DNA of 63,464 bases, filler included, from Reclinomonas americana ATCC 50394 (GCA_048213135.1; 8 parts of 3 records of this genome joined end to end with filler, not necessarily neighbours in it); one strand, 5' to 3'. Counted from the first letter of the whole stretch, positions 33,004 through 46,287 are shown. Notes: generated by a model from the letters alone, not told the origin. Made by a program: numbers and translations.

Positions 33004-35785
33004 ATGGCCTCGCAAGACACAGATGTCGGTGTCTCCTCAGTCGCCGCCGCTGCCTCCTGCAACACTCTCTCCACGGACAACAAGCTCGAGCTGAGCACCG
33101 CGCAACAACTCACAAGACGCACCGCAAAGGGAGCGCATGATGAAGACGATGATGATGATGACTTGGTCGCAGCACTGGCAGAGGTAAACCCCCTTCCCAC
33201 TCTCTCTCACACGCTCACTTGTCTCTCTATGTGTTGCTCACGATGCCACACAGGCTCCTGTTCTCGCCGCCTCTGCGGCACTCTTGGAGGGATTCGCCAG
33301 CATGCAGCGACGCCAATCAGAGTCAGATGTGCTCGTGCCGGCCACGCCCTCACGAGTGACGAATCTGCGACTGAAGGAGTCGCCGTTGCCGCCACCGTCG
33401 CCGCCACCACTGAACTCGCCCGTGCGGAGAGAGAGCTTGGTGTTTGCGGAGCCGGTGTTGTTTGATGGGCATCAGCAGCAGCCGGTGCGGTTGATGGGCG
33501 AGGATGCGGAGACGTCGGCGCATCCGCTCTTTGTGGTGCCTCCCACCACGGTGGTGGCATCACCGACGGAGACGACGACCACGACGACCACGACCACAAC
33601 GACGACTACGACAGCACGTTCGCGCTCTGGAGAGGACAATGATGGTGCGCCATCGCCACCGCTGGCCGCGCCCAAGGCCGTCGTGGCTGCTCCACTGGCG
33701 CCCAATCGCGTAATCATTCAGGCGCCGGGTTCGTCGTCGTCGTCGTCGTCGACGACGACCACGACAACCGCCACGGCTGCTCCAGTTTTGTCACTCCCAG
33801 GAGCAAGCTTGGTCACGGCATCGGCGGCATCGGCGACTGCACCACCACTCACACCGCGTCGTGTCGACGGTCCGGCCGCTGATGACGACAAGGACGAGGA
33901 GGAGAATGCAGACAAGCAAGACGAAGAGGAAGACGATGACGAGGACGAAGAAGACGAGGAGGATGTTTATGCGAGCGATGATGAGCCGCAGCGGGAGAGT
34001 CGGCACTTGTTGCCTGAGGCGGCCTCGGCACACGTGATTGCGACCTCGGCGGCTTCGCTGTTGGCGAGTGCACCGGCCCCTGCTGCTGCTGCCGCCACCG
34101 CCACCGCCGCCTCTGCCACGAGCAACGATGCAAACAAGAGCGCCAACGACAATAGCAGTGGCGAAAAGCAGCATGGGCGCGCTGGCAGAAGCGACGACGA
34201 CGATGACGACGAGGAGGATGACGATGCCGAAGACGATGCCTCGCTGAGCAGCGATGAGTCGTCGGCAGTTGGCAAGCGCAAGTCGCCGTCATCAACGACA
34301 CTCAGACGGCGCAAGAAGGACGCGTCCTCCGCCAACGACGACGAAGACGAGGCGAAGGGCAGTGCCGACGGCAAGATGGCGTCCTCAGTCAGTGAGATCT
34401 CCACCAAGGAGTCGTCTCGCAAGCTGTCGCAACCGGCCGTGAGCCCGTGCGCCGACAGTCACGGTGGTCGGAATCGAACCCTAATTGTGGCCTCGGCAGT
34501 GCTCGTCGCCTGCGTCGCCTACTTGCTCTTTGGTCATCAGCTCTTGTATCCTGGTTGCGTCCTCGCCCTGTTTGCTTTGTTGTTTGCCCCCGCACTGCAA
34601 CCGTACTCACTCTATCTCTTCCATCATTGCGCGCAGCACCACTGCCACCACGGCTCACGCAGGCACCAGTGTCGTTGCACGCGTCGAGCATGCAGTTGGC
34701 CATTGGATGGAGCGATCATTTTGAGAAGAATGCCGACGGACGCAGCAACACCACGGAGGAGGGCATCACACATTGGCGCCTACAATGTGTACGCGCACGC
34801 AACATGGCAGCCACACTGGGTGCCGCGACCGACGACCTCGCCGACAAGGACAAGGAGGCACCGATTGTGGTCGAGGTGCCGCGCGATCAGATGCGCGCCA
34901 TGGTGCGCAACCTGACCCCCGACAGCACATACGAGTGCCACGTGGCGGCCGTGTCGGCCGAGGGTGAGGCACCGCCGTCCATGATGGGCTACTTTGCCAC
35001 GCCGCGCGAAGGTGTGTTTTTTGTATGATGATGGCAGTTCTCTCCTCGACATCTCACACGAGTGCTTCTTCCCCACACCCCCAGACACGCAAGCGGACTT
35101 TTTGACGCCCAAGGTGTTGCCGATTGCGGGCCGACCGGGCCACGTGACGGTGTCCTTCCAGCGACCGTTCCTGCAGGGCTGCAGTTGGATTTCCGATTTC
35201 CGCATTGCGTTCCGCCACACGGCCACGGACGAGTACGTGCATTCGATTCGCCTCACGGAGGTGCCGGAGACCGAGGACCATTTCATGGTCGACGCGGCGC
35301 TCCCGTCGTACGTGCCGTTGGAGGAGCTGGCGGTGGAGGTGTACTCGCAGCCGTCGCGACGATGCGGCTCCCAGCTGTCCACGGACTCGGAGCGTGACGG
35401 CACCATGCGCTCGTTCTACGTCACCGGCCTCGGCTTGAGCTTGGTGCCCAAGCTCAAGGAGCTCGGTCTGCAGCGCGCTCAGGGTGGCATTTAGTTGCGT
35501 CGCACTTCTATTCGTACAGAGCATCCTGGATTTTGGTGTTTCTGACTTTTCTTCTTGCTTCTTTGCAGTGGCCCGCACGCGAGCTCGCTCGAATACGTGT
35601 GGACGAGTCGCCCCGACATTCTCCGCCTGCTGCCCGACAGTCCGGCTCGTGACCATCAGCCGTGGGTCAACCACCTCTGCAACGCTCGCCGTCTCACCGA
35701 TCCGGTGGAGCTTCATGGCACCCTGGCTGCTGCCTACCCGACCGAGCGTCTGCAGTTCCTGCCGACTACCTGGGTGCTTCGTCGC
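33004..35785 (+). CDS. Acidic low-complexity N-terminus + TM + fibronectin type III + start of a tubulin-tyrosine-ligase-like domain; 3' end in N gap
   Basis: TM TLIVASAVLVACVAYLLFG; FN3 VRNLTPDSTYECHVAAVSAEG; WVNHLCNARRLTDPVELHGTL...LQFLPTTWVL resembles the TTL motif VNHF..LT.K..L...F.P.T..L. Confidence 0.65.
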
Positions 35786-35904
35786 NNNNNNNNNNNNNNN
35801 NNNNNNNNNNNNNNNNNNNNNNNNNNNNNNNNNNNNNNNNNNNNNNNNNNNNNNNNNNNNNNNNGGAATAGGGAAAGGGAAAGACTATAACATCGCGATT
35901 ATTC

Positions 35905-36033
35905 TTACACGCGGTGCATCTGCGGCACCGTTTGTTGTTGTTGTTGTTGTTGCTGCTGCTGTTGTTGTTGGTGCTGCTGTTGCAATTGCGAGTCGAGTTG
36001 CACCAATTGTGGTTGCTGGTGCACCTGCTGCAC

Positions 36034-36073
<40 letters not shown>

Positions 36074-37573
36074 TGCTGCAACACAGGTGGCGGCTGCTGC
36101 ATCTTGACAGGCTGCTGCTGCTGCTGTTGTTGCTGTTGCTGTTGCTGCTGCTGCAACTGTGCCATCTGCAGCAAGAGCTGCTGGTACTGCTGCTGCTGTT
36201 GCAAGAACTGCTGCTGCTGCTGTTGCTGCTGCTGCACCGACTGCTGCGGTGGTTGCGATGGCGGCACTGCAGTCGGCGAGGCAGGAGCAGCGGCACCGGC
36301 ATTGGTGGCCGTCGGAGTGCTGGTCGACAGAGGCGCGTGCATCGCGTGTGTGGGCGGTGGCGGCGGCGGCATCTGCTTCACTGGAGCCTGCACGGCCGGT
36401 GCCGACTGGGGGACACCAGCGGGAGACGGGGCGGCGGCCGCGGCGGCGACAGGTGGCGGCGACGCCGGTGCCTGTTGCTGCTGCTGCTGAGGCGGTGAGG
36501 CCGGAGCAGCGGCAGGCGGTGCCGGCGCAGTGGTGGGCGGAGTGGCGCCACCGGCAGCAGTCGCGGTGGTGGTGGTAGTCGTAGCAGCAGCAGCGGGAGT
36601 CGCCGGTGGTGCCGGCGGCGGCAACGTCATGGCCGCCAACACCGGCAAGCCATCGCTGCCGGTTCCCCACAGCGGCGACAGGCGAGACTCGTCAATGGCG
36701 TTCAGCAGCGAGTCAGTGTCCGCGTACATGGACTCGACAGGCTCGGCGCACTTGGTGGGCATCGAAAGGGCCGATCCGGAGAGGCCAGCAGAGCCGCAGT
36801 GCATCAGGTAGAACGAACCGACGTTGAAGTACTTGGCCGTACCCGCTGGCTCGAACGTGCACGTGTTCGAGTTGAGGTACTGGTGATGCTGCAGGAGCAC
36901 TNNNNNNNNNNNNNNNNNNNNNNNNNNNNNNNNNNNNNNNNNNNNNNNNNNNNNNNNNNNNNNNNNNNNNNNNNNNNNNNNNNNNNNNNNNNNNNNNNNN
37001 NNNNNNNNNNNNNNNNNNNNNNNNNNNNNNNNNNNNNNNNNNNNNNNNNNNNNNNNNNNNNNNNNNNNNNNNNNNNNNNNNNNNNNNNNNNNNNNNNNNN
37101 NNNNNNNNNNNNNNNNNNNNNNNNNNNNNNNNNNNNNNNNNNNNNNNNNNNNNNNNNNNNNNNNNNNNNNNNNNNNNNNNNNNNNNNNNNNNNNNNNNNN
37201 NNNNNNNNNNNNNNNNNNNNNNNNNNNNNNNNNNNNNNNNNNNNNNNNNNNNNNNNNNNNNNNNNNNNNNNNNNNNNNNNNNNNNNNNNNNNNNNNNNNN
37301 NNNNNNNNNNNNNNNNNNNNNNNNNNNNNNNNNNNNNNNNNNNNNNNNNNNNNNNNNNNNNNNNNNNNNNNNNNNNNNNNNTCGTCTCCATTTTGAGAAA
37401 AATACATGTTTTGGCTTGAGAGTGTGTACGCACAATCCACTTGGCAACCTGAACAACAAAGTAACACAGTGTAATACTGCGTGGAATGTCGCTTGCGAGC
37501 TTCTTCCACCGTAGGTCCACCGAAAGCTTTGACGTCGACTTGCAGAAAAACCAAGTGTGGGACGCGAAGTCAT
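35905..37573 (-). CDS. Unknown protein with a Pro/Ala-rich and poly-Gln C-terminus; 5' exons uncertain because of an N gap
   Basis: Open frame 36900-35905 with a unique segment followed by mixed CAG/CAA Gln tracts and TAA. Confidence 0.6.
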
Positions 37574-37611
37574 TTGGCACAGTGTGTTGACCCGACGCGG
37601 GCGCGGAAGGA

Positions 37612-40600
37612 ATGGTTCGTAATGATGCCCCTCTGTCACCTCTCATCGCTCCCGTGATCTGTGTTTGCGCTCTTGTGCGCCTCTGTGTGTGTGTGTCATG
37701 AGCGCCATCTCCCTCTTTCCTCTCTCCGTGTTGTGAATGAGCATGCATGCAGTTGCACGCACTCACACACTCTCTCTTGCACACGCGCACAGGGTCACAA
37801 GGCATTCGAATGGAAGACCATTTTGCCCGACATGCCAGTCAAAGTCGAGGGTCAGTGTGTCTTTTCTCTCTCGCACACCTCTTCTCCTCTTACTCACCAC
37901 CTCTCCCTCTCACTCACACACACAGCAATGACAACATGGGGTGCGGAATGCCATCATACACACTCACACTTGCACACTCTCTTCTCACATTGACACGTAG
38001 GTGATCGTCTATTGCTGGTGACACACGGCGGAGGCATTGTCGTCTACCAAGTGTCGACACTGGAGAACGGCGAGATGCAAGTGCGTCGCGAGGTCACTCA
38101 AGCGGGTTTCTCGAGAAAGCCCGTGCAGCAATTGTGCGTGTTGGAGGATCTCGGACTGTTGTTGTCGCTGTCGGATGGGAACCTCGCCGCGCATCGCCTG
38201 GCCAACCTGGAAAAGTTCCCCGATCGCGCACTGGATCGCATTCGTGGATGTAATATGTTTGCGGTGGAGCTGAAGCGCTCCGGGCGGCATGCAATCTGCG
38301 CGGCTGTCAAGAGGAAACTGGTCATTCTCTCCTGGGCCAGCATCTCGTTTGTGGAGGAAAAGGTTATCCGTCTGTGTGTGGCAAAGCACTGTGTGTGCGT
38401 GTGCAGCGAGTTGCTGATGCGCAGATGCAGGAACTGGCGATTCCAGACCAGGCGCGGTCGCTGTCGTGGAGCGGTCGGCACCTGTGTGTCGGGTTCAAGC
38501 GCGAGTACATTATGATTGACACGGAGACTGGCCAGTTGAATGAGGTGTTCCCCACGGGCCGTTCGCAGGTGCCGATTGTGTGCAGTCTCGTGTCGTCGGA
38601 GCTGTTGCTGCACAAGGAGGGTGAGTGGGCGGGGCGAGACTTGTGGAGGGGGAGCAGGTGCATGTCACACGCTGACTGGCGCGCACGCTGCAGGTGTGGG
38701 TATTTTTGTCGATCTGGACGGCAAGCCGACACGCGCTCACGGCATCACGTGGCACGAAACGCCAGTAGCTCTCGGTACGTGTGCGTGTTGGTCGTCGCCA
38801 ATGTGTGTGTCCACTCACATTGTGGCAATCGGCAGAGTCGGCGTGGCCGTATTTGATCTCTCTGATGCCGAGCAAGATCGAAATTTGCATGCTGACCGGC
38901 GCCGAGGGCACCGACCCCTCCGTACAGGAGTTTCCCATTCCCAACGCCAAGACCACATCACTGCCGGCCATTTCTCGCCAGTCGCTGGCCATGGTGATGC
39001 AAGGTGTGTGATTGTCGCCACTCGTGGTGCATGTGTACGTGTTTCGGTGTCGGCTGACTATGAACAGGGTGGGCGTCGCCATCGGAGGGCGTGCGGGTGT
39101 CGATGGAGCCGCTACCGGAGGGTGCAGAGAGTCTGTACAAGGCGGTGGCGCGTGGCTGGGTGTATGTGGCCACCGACAATGACGTCTACTTGTTGCAACG
39201 AGTGCCGTTTGCGAAGCAGGTGAGTGGGCGGCGGAACAGTGACGCCCGCGAGTGTGGTGCTCATCTTTGTGGTGCAGATTGATGATCTGGTGTCGCGTGG
39301 CGAATTCGAGGAGGCGCTCCGACTGTGTGAGATCATGGATGCCGGCGACGTCGACGAAAAGGTGGCGCAGAAGTGTGACAGCCCTCATGACGATGGCTTC
39401 GTGCTGACTCTGCGTGCACATACAGCTTCGTCGCATGCGCAGTATCCAGGTCGAGTATGGTGTACACTTGTTCCGCAATCGGCGATTTGGGCAGGCGCTG
39501 GAGATCTGGTTGCAGGCGCACGTGCATCCGGTGCTGGTGCTCAGTCTCTTCCCATCGCTGCTGCCGAACAGGGGCAGCGTCACAGAGACCGATCCAGTCA
39601 CTGGCGAACCGATGAAGCTGACCAAGTTTTCGGCTGATTCCGAGCCGGTCGTGAGACTCATCGGTGAGGCAGTCGGCGCCTGTGAGGTAAAGAAGAGATT
39701 GTAGCTGACTCAGCATTGTGTCGCTCGGTGCAGGACTCATGGAGAGGGAAATCATCCGAAGCGATGCTCACCTCGATCGATCTGTACTGGAGACGACGAC
39801 GCAGTATGCTGCGCTGCTGAAGCGTGTGGATCCGCTGACCAATTGTGCGTACGCCATCTCTTAAACTTCCCTCACTTCTCTGCATCCCAGCGCTTACGTG
39901 TGGATTGTGCCCGTGCGCATTGCAGCGGAAGTTGTGAAGCAGGCACTACCCGACATGATTCGATTCCTCACTGGGCACAAGATACCCGTGTACGACGAGC
40001 AGTTGTCGGAGCTGGACGGCAGCACGGCGGCCGCGGTGGACACGGCGCTGCTGAAGGTGCGGAGGAGGAGAGGGAAGGAAGGAATGCCAGAATTGTGGAT
40101 GTGACTCCTTTGTTTTGTGTGCACGCAGGCATACATGGAAGTCCAGCAAGATCGCGTGACGCCTTTTGTCGAGCGACCGAATCGCTGCTTTGTTGACGAT
40201 GCCGAGAGTGTGCTCACGGCGAGCAAGGTGTGTGTGCTCGGTGAAGTGCACGGGAGATATCCACGCTGACGTCCGTGTGTCGCAGCGAACGCGTGATCTG
40301 ATCAATTTTTATCAAATTCGAGGCTTCCACCGAAAGGCGCTCGAGCGCTTGTGCCTGTTCGTCTCTCGTGTAGTGTGCCCTCTTTGCGGCGACAATGTTG
40401 CTGACGGGCGGTTTTCGTCGTCGCAGATTCGGTTCAAGTACCAGCAGCGGCAGCAATGCACCAGATGTCCAGCTGACCGGACCCGATCCCACCATTCAGT
40501 ACCTGCAAAGTCTCAACTCGGATCACGTGGACCTCATCATGGAGTTCTCATGTTGGGTGATTCGAAAGAAGCCCGACGCTGCACTGGAGGTGTGATTGCG

Positions 40601-41790
40601 CTGCCTGGTTGTGTGGTTGAGTGGCTCTGTGCACCATATGCTGACCCGCCACCACCACCACCAGATCTTCAAACATCCACGCCCAGTCGACAAGTTGCTG
40701 GATCCAGAAGCAGTGTTGGATCACTTTGGTGCGTCGACACTTTCTCGCCTGTTTCCTCCACCAGGTGACCGACTGAAGAATGCCTTCATTCTGTTTAAAC
40801 GTGCAGAAGCGCAACGCGTCAACCCCGAGTCTCGTGTCAAATTCCTCGAATGGGTGCTGCTGGGACAGGGCTCCACGCTGTACGGCGACCGGGTACCACC
40901 ATCGCTGCACGATCAGCTGGCCGAGGCGTACTTCCGGCAGGTCACGAGCCTGCATCGCTCGCGCAACACTGGCGGCAACACACATCGCTTCGAGACGCAC
41001 ATTGCCGACGAGGACGAGCAGATGAGGGTTCTTCGCAGCCGGTTGCTGACATTTTTGCGCGACTCCAAGTACTACAACCCAGCCGCCCTCATGTCAAGCA
41101 TGCATGCCGAGGGTATGTGTAAGCGTGTGAACTTTGATATCTGTGTTTCGCTCACGGCTGTGTTGTTGTGGTGGTGCGCAGAGTTGTACGAGGAGCATGC
41201 GGTGCTCTTTACGCGTCTCGGCGCGTACGAGGAGGCCCTCAACATTTATGTGCACAAGCTGGGCGACTGCGATGCGGCCGAAAGGTAAGGCTGTCGAGGA
41301 CGATGTGCGGAGACGGTGTTATTTACGTTTACTTGCTTTGTCCCCCCATTAGGTGCTGTGAGGAGCGCATGTTGGAGCGCCCGGACGACTCGGAGATCTT
41401 CCAAGTGCTCCTGCATGTGTATCTGCGACCGCCGGCCGGCGCGCGTGCCATGGTCGAGCGTGGTATCTCGCTGCTGACGCGTTTCTGCGAGCAGTTCCCA
41501 CCGCAGCAGGCGTTCGAGTTGCTGCCCGAAGACACGCCGCTGAATGAGGTAGGGAGAGGGAAGGGGGAGGGAGGTGGAAGGGGAAGAGGAGGGGGAGGGG
41601 AGGGGAAGGGGGAGGGGGAGGGAGGGAGGGGGAGAGGAGAGGAAGTGAGGGACAGGGAGGGAGAAGCAAGGGAAGGGAGGGATAGGGAGAGGAGGAGAGC
41701 ACGTGTCTGTATGTTGTGCAAGAGAGGAAGATACAGAGTGAGCGTGTGTATGCGCGTGAGTACCGTTGGTTGTTCTGGTGTGTATGTGTG

Positions 41791-41830
<40 letters not shown>

Positions 41831-42598
41831 TGTGTGTATGTATGTGCACATGAATGTGTTGTTGAAGTTCGTAAGTGTATGTGTGTCCGAGACATGCGTG
41901 CTGGTCATGGAGAACAGTCGCAGTTGACAATGCACCCAAGGTTGCCCTGCTCTTGCACACCCCTCTCTATTCTGCTTCCCATTCTCACCTGACGACTTGT
42001 CGCCTTGCATGTTGCTGTTCGGATCTCTCTCTCTTCCCCCCCTCTCTCTCTGTAGCTGTGTGTGTGCGTGGTGTTCGGTGTAGTCAGCTGCTTGATATGC
42101 TGTCCCTGGCGTCGATGGGCGTGCGCGATGAGGCTGTGTGTGCTGAAACAACTGCTTTTCTTCGCAGGTTGTCGAGTTCTTCGAGACGCTGATGAAGAGG
42201 AACCAGGCCCACAGAAGAGAGCTGCAGCTGCTCAAGTACCTGCACCGATCGGACAACCTGAAGGTGCAGTGCACTCTCAATCCTGCGTGTGCCGATCGCC
42301 GCGACTAACCCCTCTTCTTTGCACCAGGTCAACCAGCAGCTGATTGCGGAACGGTCACGACGAGTACGCATCAAGCAAGAGAAGGTCTGCCCAGTGTGCT
42401 CCAAGAAGATCGGCATCAGGTACGCACCGTGTGCATGTCCAAGCAGTGGGCGGCGCTCTGACCTGCTTTATCTCGCGCAGTGCATTTGCGGCGTATCCGA
42501 ATGGCGTAGTCGTGCACTTTGTGTGCTGCAAAGATCGCTCTGCGGATCCAGTGACAGGCGAGCGGTTTACGCACCGCGACGTGCTGGACTTTGACTAA
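37612..42598 (+). CDS. VPS39: Vps39/Vam6 (HOPS subunit; CNH + CHCR + C-terminal Zn finger), ~22 introns
   Basis: M|GHKAFEWKTILPDMPVKVE, KPVQQLCVLEDLGLLLSLSD, AVDTALLK, HRKALERL, TIQYLQSL, YEEALNIYVHKLGD, CPVCSKKIG..AFAAYPNGVVVHFVC; TGFBRAP1/Vps3 paralogy not excluded. Confidence 0.88.
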
Positions 42599-42639
42599 CT
42601 GCCCGCACGACGAGCATGGAGTAAAACGAAGGGTGTCCT

Positions 42640-43774
42640 ATGAGCCATAGTTGTCCTCTTCATCGGCACGGTGAGAAGAGAGAGATGCGAAGCACACCTT
42701 CTTCCTCCTCTTCGTCGTACTCGCATCTTGGTCCCTCGCCTACTCGTCTCTTGACACGCATTCTGGTCACGTTGAGCGTTGCTGCTGTGCTGCTCACTGC
42801 TCTCGCCGCCTATTACGCTATCGTGCTGCAGCAGTCACCAAAGGAAGATCACAAGACAAGTGTAAACACAATGAGCGCAGCAGGAGAAGCAAGTGGCAGC
42901 AGTGGTACTGGTCCCACCATCCTTGAGATCTCATGGGAGCGCTTCCAGGCGGAGGTGAGTGTGCGCGTGCTGCACATCTGCACATCTGCAGATGTCTCAC
43001 TCTTTTTTGTTTTGCACGCGCCCAGTGCTATCAACTGGGCAAGGTCATTCTGAGGCACATTGAGCAGCGTGGTATCCGCCTGCGTGGCATTGTGGCGGTT
43101 GCTCGTGGCGGTCTCGTCCCCGCGGTGAGTGACGAGATCCGCTCTTATTCACAGTGATCATGCAGAATGATCAATGTTGACTGTGTGAGTGGGATTGATG
43201 CAGGCGCTGCTCAGCCAGACCATGGACATTCGACTGGTCGATACTCTGTTTCGTGCTTTGTGTGTGTGTTTGTCGCCATCGTTGAAGGCGCGTTTGTTAC
43301 TGACAACCAATTTGTACCAGTTGTGTCCGCTCATACAGCGACAGCCATCAGCGTGCGGAGATTGAGGTGCTGAAGACGGTGGCGGATCTGGAGAATGGAG
43401 GCGAAGGCCTGTTGGTTGTCGATGATCTGGTCGACAGCGGTGAGACGCTGGCGTTGGCACGTCGGCTCTTCCCCAATGCCGTGTTTGCTGTCGTTGCGTG
43501 TGGTATTCTGGTGATATCGGCTCGGCATTTGTTGGCGGCGGCGACTGAGCAGTCTTTGTGTGTGCTTGTATGTGTAGGTGTACGCCAAGCCGGCGGGTGA
43601 GCACACGGTCGATGTGTATGCGACGCGCATGGCACAGGAGACGTGGATTGTGTTCCCCTGGTTTGTCGACATGGGGGCTGTGTGTTCTCGTGAACGATGC
43701 CTGACATGTTGTTCTCCTGCGACAGGGAGAAGACAAATGACGAGCTGGACGCCAAGGTCGACGCACGCGACTAG
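42640..43774 (+). CDS. gpt: Xanthine-guanine phosphoribosyltransferase of bacterial Gpt type, 5 introns, possible N-terminal membrane anchor
   Basis: [66 protein letters not shown], colinear with E. coli Gpt motifs. Confidence 0.88.
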
Positions 43775-43924
43775 CGTGTGTTTGTGTGTGAGAGAGAGTG
43801 TGTGTGGAATAAGTAGACGAATGGTGTTTTTGTGACTGCACACACACACACACACACGTCTTCTTTCACTCGTCGCTCACTTTGCAGGGCAGCGGGGTGA
43901 CACACGTGAGAATCGTCACCGACT

Positions 43925-45786
43925 CTACTCCTGAGGAGCAGCTGCACTCTCCACTCCCGCCATGCCTTCGTCCTCGTCGTCACTCTCCTCCTCCTGCTCG
44001 CGCTTCACCGTCGCCGCACCCTCCTCCTGGGCAGCCACGCGCAGATCCTCCGGCACCAGAGCGTGCTGCCAGCCGCTCTCCTCGCACAGCCAGCTGGCCT
44101 CCAACTCAAAGTCCTTGTCTTTTTCGTCGTGCACGCGATGCAAACTGTTAAGAGGAGCAGGGTGAGATGGCAGCGATAGACAACGGAAGGTGGAGTGACA
44201 CACACGCAACATGGTGGACAGCAACACCAGGGCCTGACGGCATGAGAGCTCCTGCAGATTGAGCTTTTCGATTTCTGTCTTGGCGGCGTTCTTGCCCTTG
44301 CCAATGGCCACACCAAAGTAGCCCTGCACGACACAGCAATTGAGTTTGCCAGTGCTCACACCGGGTGTGTCAAAACGTGGAGACGCAACATAGGCCACGC
44401 CTGACGGCTCCACCAGGTACAGGCTCGGGCCGGCGCGCTCGTCGTGCGTCGCCAGCAACACCGAGCAGCCAAACGGCCGCACACTCCAGTACAGGGTGTA
44501 GGCGTGCACGAACGAGGCCAGTCTGTCGCACATGACGGCGCCGGGAATGGGGCTCTTGAAGGTCTGCAGGTAGTTGGCGGCCTCAGCGCGCGCCGTGACC
44601 ATCAATTGCCGTGCGTCGGGCAGCAGGCCGGCAGTGGCCTGTGAAGCAGGTGAGTTTGTGGATGACGAAAAGGGTGCGTGTGGATGTGAAAGCAGTGCCG
44701 CACCGCGCCGACATGTCGGTCCACGTGGAAAATGCGACGATTGGAGCCGTGGACAAGCATCTTGCTGACGACAAACTTCTCCACCACCATCACAATGCCG
44801 TCACGGCATCGCACGCCAATGGCCGTGCTGTGAGGGAGATCGGCGAGTGAGTCGACGGGGGAGGTGGGGAAGGGCAGAAAAGGAGACGCAAAAGACTCAC
44901 CCAGCATGGTCGACGGCCTTGCAGGCGTAATCCACCTGGACATGAACAGTGTGAGCGCGATGAATCTCAATGACGAGCACAGGACTGCTCGAATGAAAAG
45001 CAAGTGACGGAAAGAATGCACGATCGTCTCAACAGGACAGGAGCTCTTCAAAGGTGACTGCCAGTGACTGCATGGATGAGACGGGCAAACGTCGCAGCAA
45101 GGGCTGTGCGTCTCAACTCACAAGAAAAAAAGAAACATCTTGCAGCACGAACGGAGAGTATGCACTTCCCATCACAAGAGGAACTGCGTGTCTCTGCTGA
45201 GAGGAAACACGAAACATCTTGCTGCACGAATGGAGAGCATGTACACACTAATGAGCTGCGCTGCGTCTCTCCTAGTTACGGCCAAGACAAGAAGCATGCT
45301 CGACATCAGAACACGAGCTGCGCGTCTCTGCTCAGGAGAAAACCGAGAACGTGTGCACACTACAAAGGCAGAGAGGGTGCACTCCACAATACAACAGGAG
45401 CTGCACATCTCTCAAGTGCTCAAAAGAAGAGTGCACAGGAAGCACGAACGACATCAGAGCACGAGCTGTGCGTCTCTGCTCATTGCTCGAAAGACGAGAA
45501 ACTGAGCGCAAAGTACACAAGCAGAGAGGATGCACTCCGCATCACAACAGCAGCTGTGCGCGTCAGCTCACAGGTGAGAACGCGACACAGGATGCAATTC
45601 CCCTTCTTTCCCCCACACTCTCTCTCCACAAAAAATCAATCACACAAGAGACATAGCGTATCGCCTTCTCCCTTTTCATCATGCTCACCTGATGGATCTT
45701 GCCCTCGGGTGAGTAAGTTGTCACCGCCAAATCGTACTGCGCAAGAAAGTAAACAAATTTGAGCACACAAACACACATGCATTCAT
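43925..45786 (-). CDS. PSMA3: 20S proteasome subunit alpha-7 (PSMA3/Pre10)
   Basis: [83 protein letters not shown], acidic tail. Confidence 0.95.
45060..45570. repeat. Intronic degenerate tandem repeat in PSMA3
   Basis: GAGCTG(C/T)GCGTCTCTGCT and GCAGAGAGG..GCACTCC variants recur at least five times. Confidence 0.8.
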
Positions 45787-46287
45787 CTCACGCACACACA
45801 GAGACAGAGAGACAGAGAATCGCGCACTGCGCTCTTACACTCAAGCAGCTCACTGTCTGTCTCTGTGTGTGTGTCTGTGTGAGAGAGACAAGTGCGACGA
45901 TTGCTCACAGAGAGCGCGCTCACTGTGTACAACGCTGACAATGACGACGCGCTAACCACACCATGCATGACACTCAAGTGCGCGCGCGTGTGTGTGCCTG
46001 ACAGAGAGACACACAAGAGAGACAAGAGAGAGAGAGAGCGCGCAAACAAGAGTGGAAATGGCGCGCTTTCCTCCATGGCACAGCACCAACAAACAACACA
46101 CGCGCGTCGGAGTTGCAGACGCACAACGCACAACACAGCAGAATCATATGCACACACACGAGAGAGCAACGAACCCCGCTTGACATTGCACAGTGAGAGT
46201 GTGAGAGAGTTTGGTCGGCTGGAGTGGAGTGGTGAAATTACATTGATCACTTTTTTTATTTGCGCGTGTGTGTGTGTTTGCGCCGCA

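Noticed and set aside
35491-35494. In-frame stops suggesting pseudogenes or a reassigned genetic code
   Set aside because: They fall at or inside introns (e.g. TA|gttgcg) and vanish on splicing; TAA, TAG and TGA all end genes normally
38363-38430. Donor GTTATCC, resembling a shifted U12 donor (also GTACCC at 13494)
   Set aside because: Single instances with AG|GT exon ends and no TCCTTAAC branch; compatible with ordinary U2 introns
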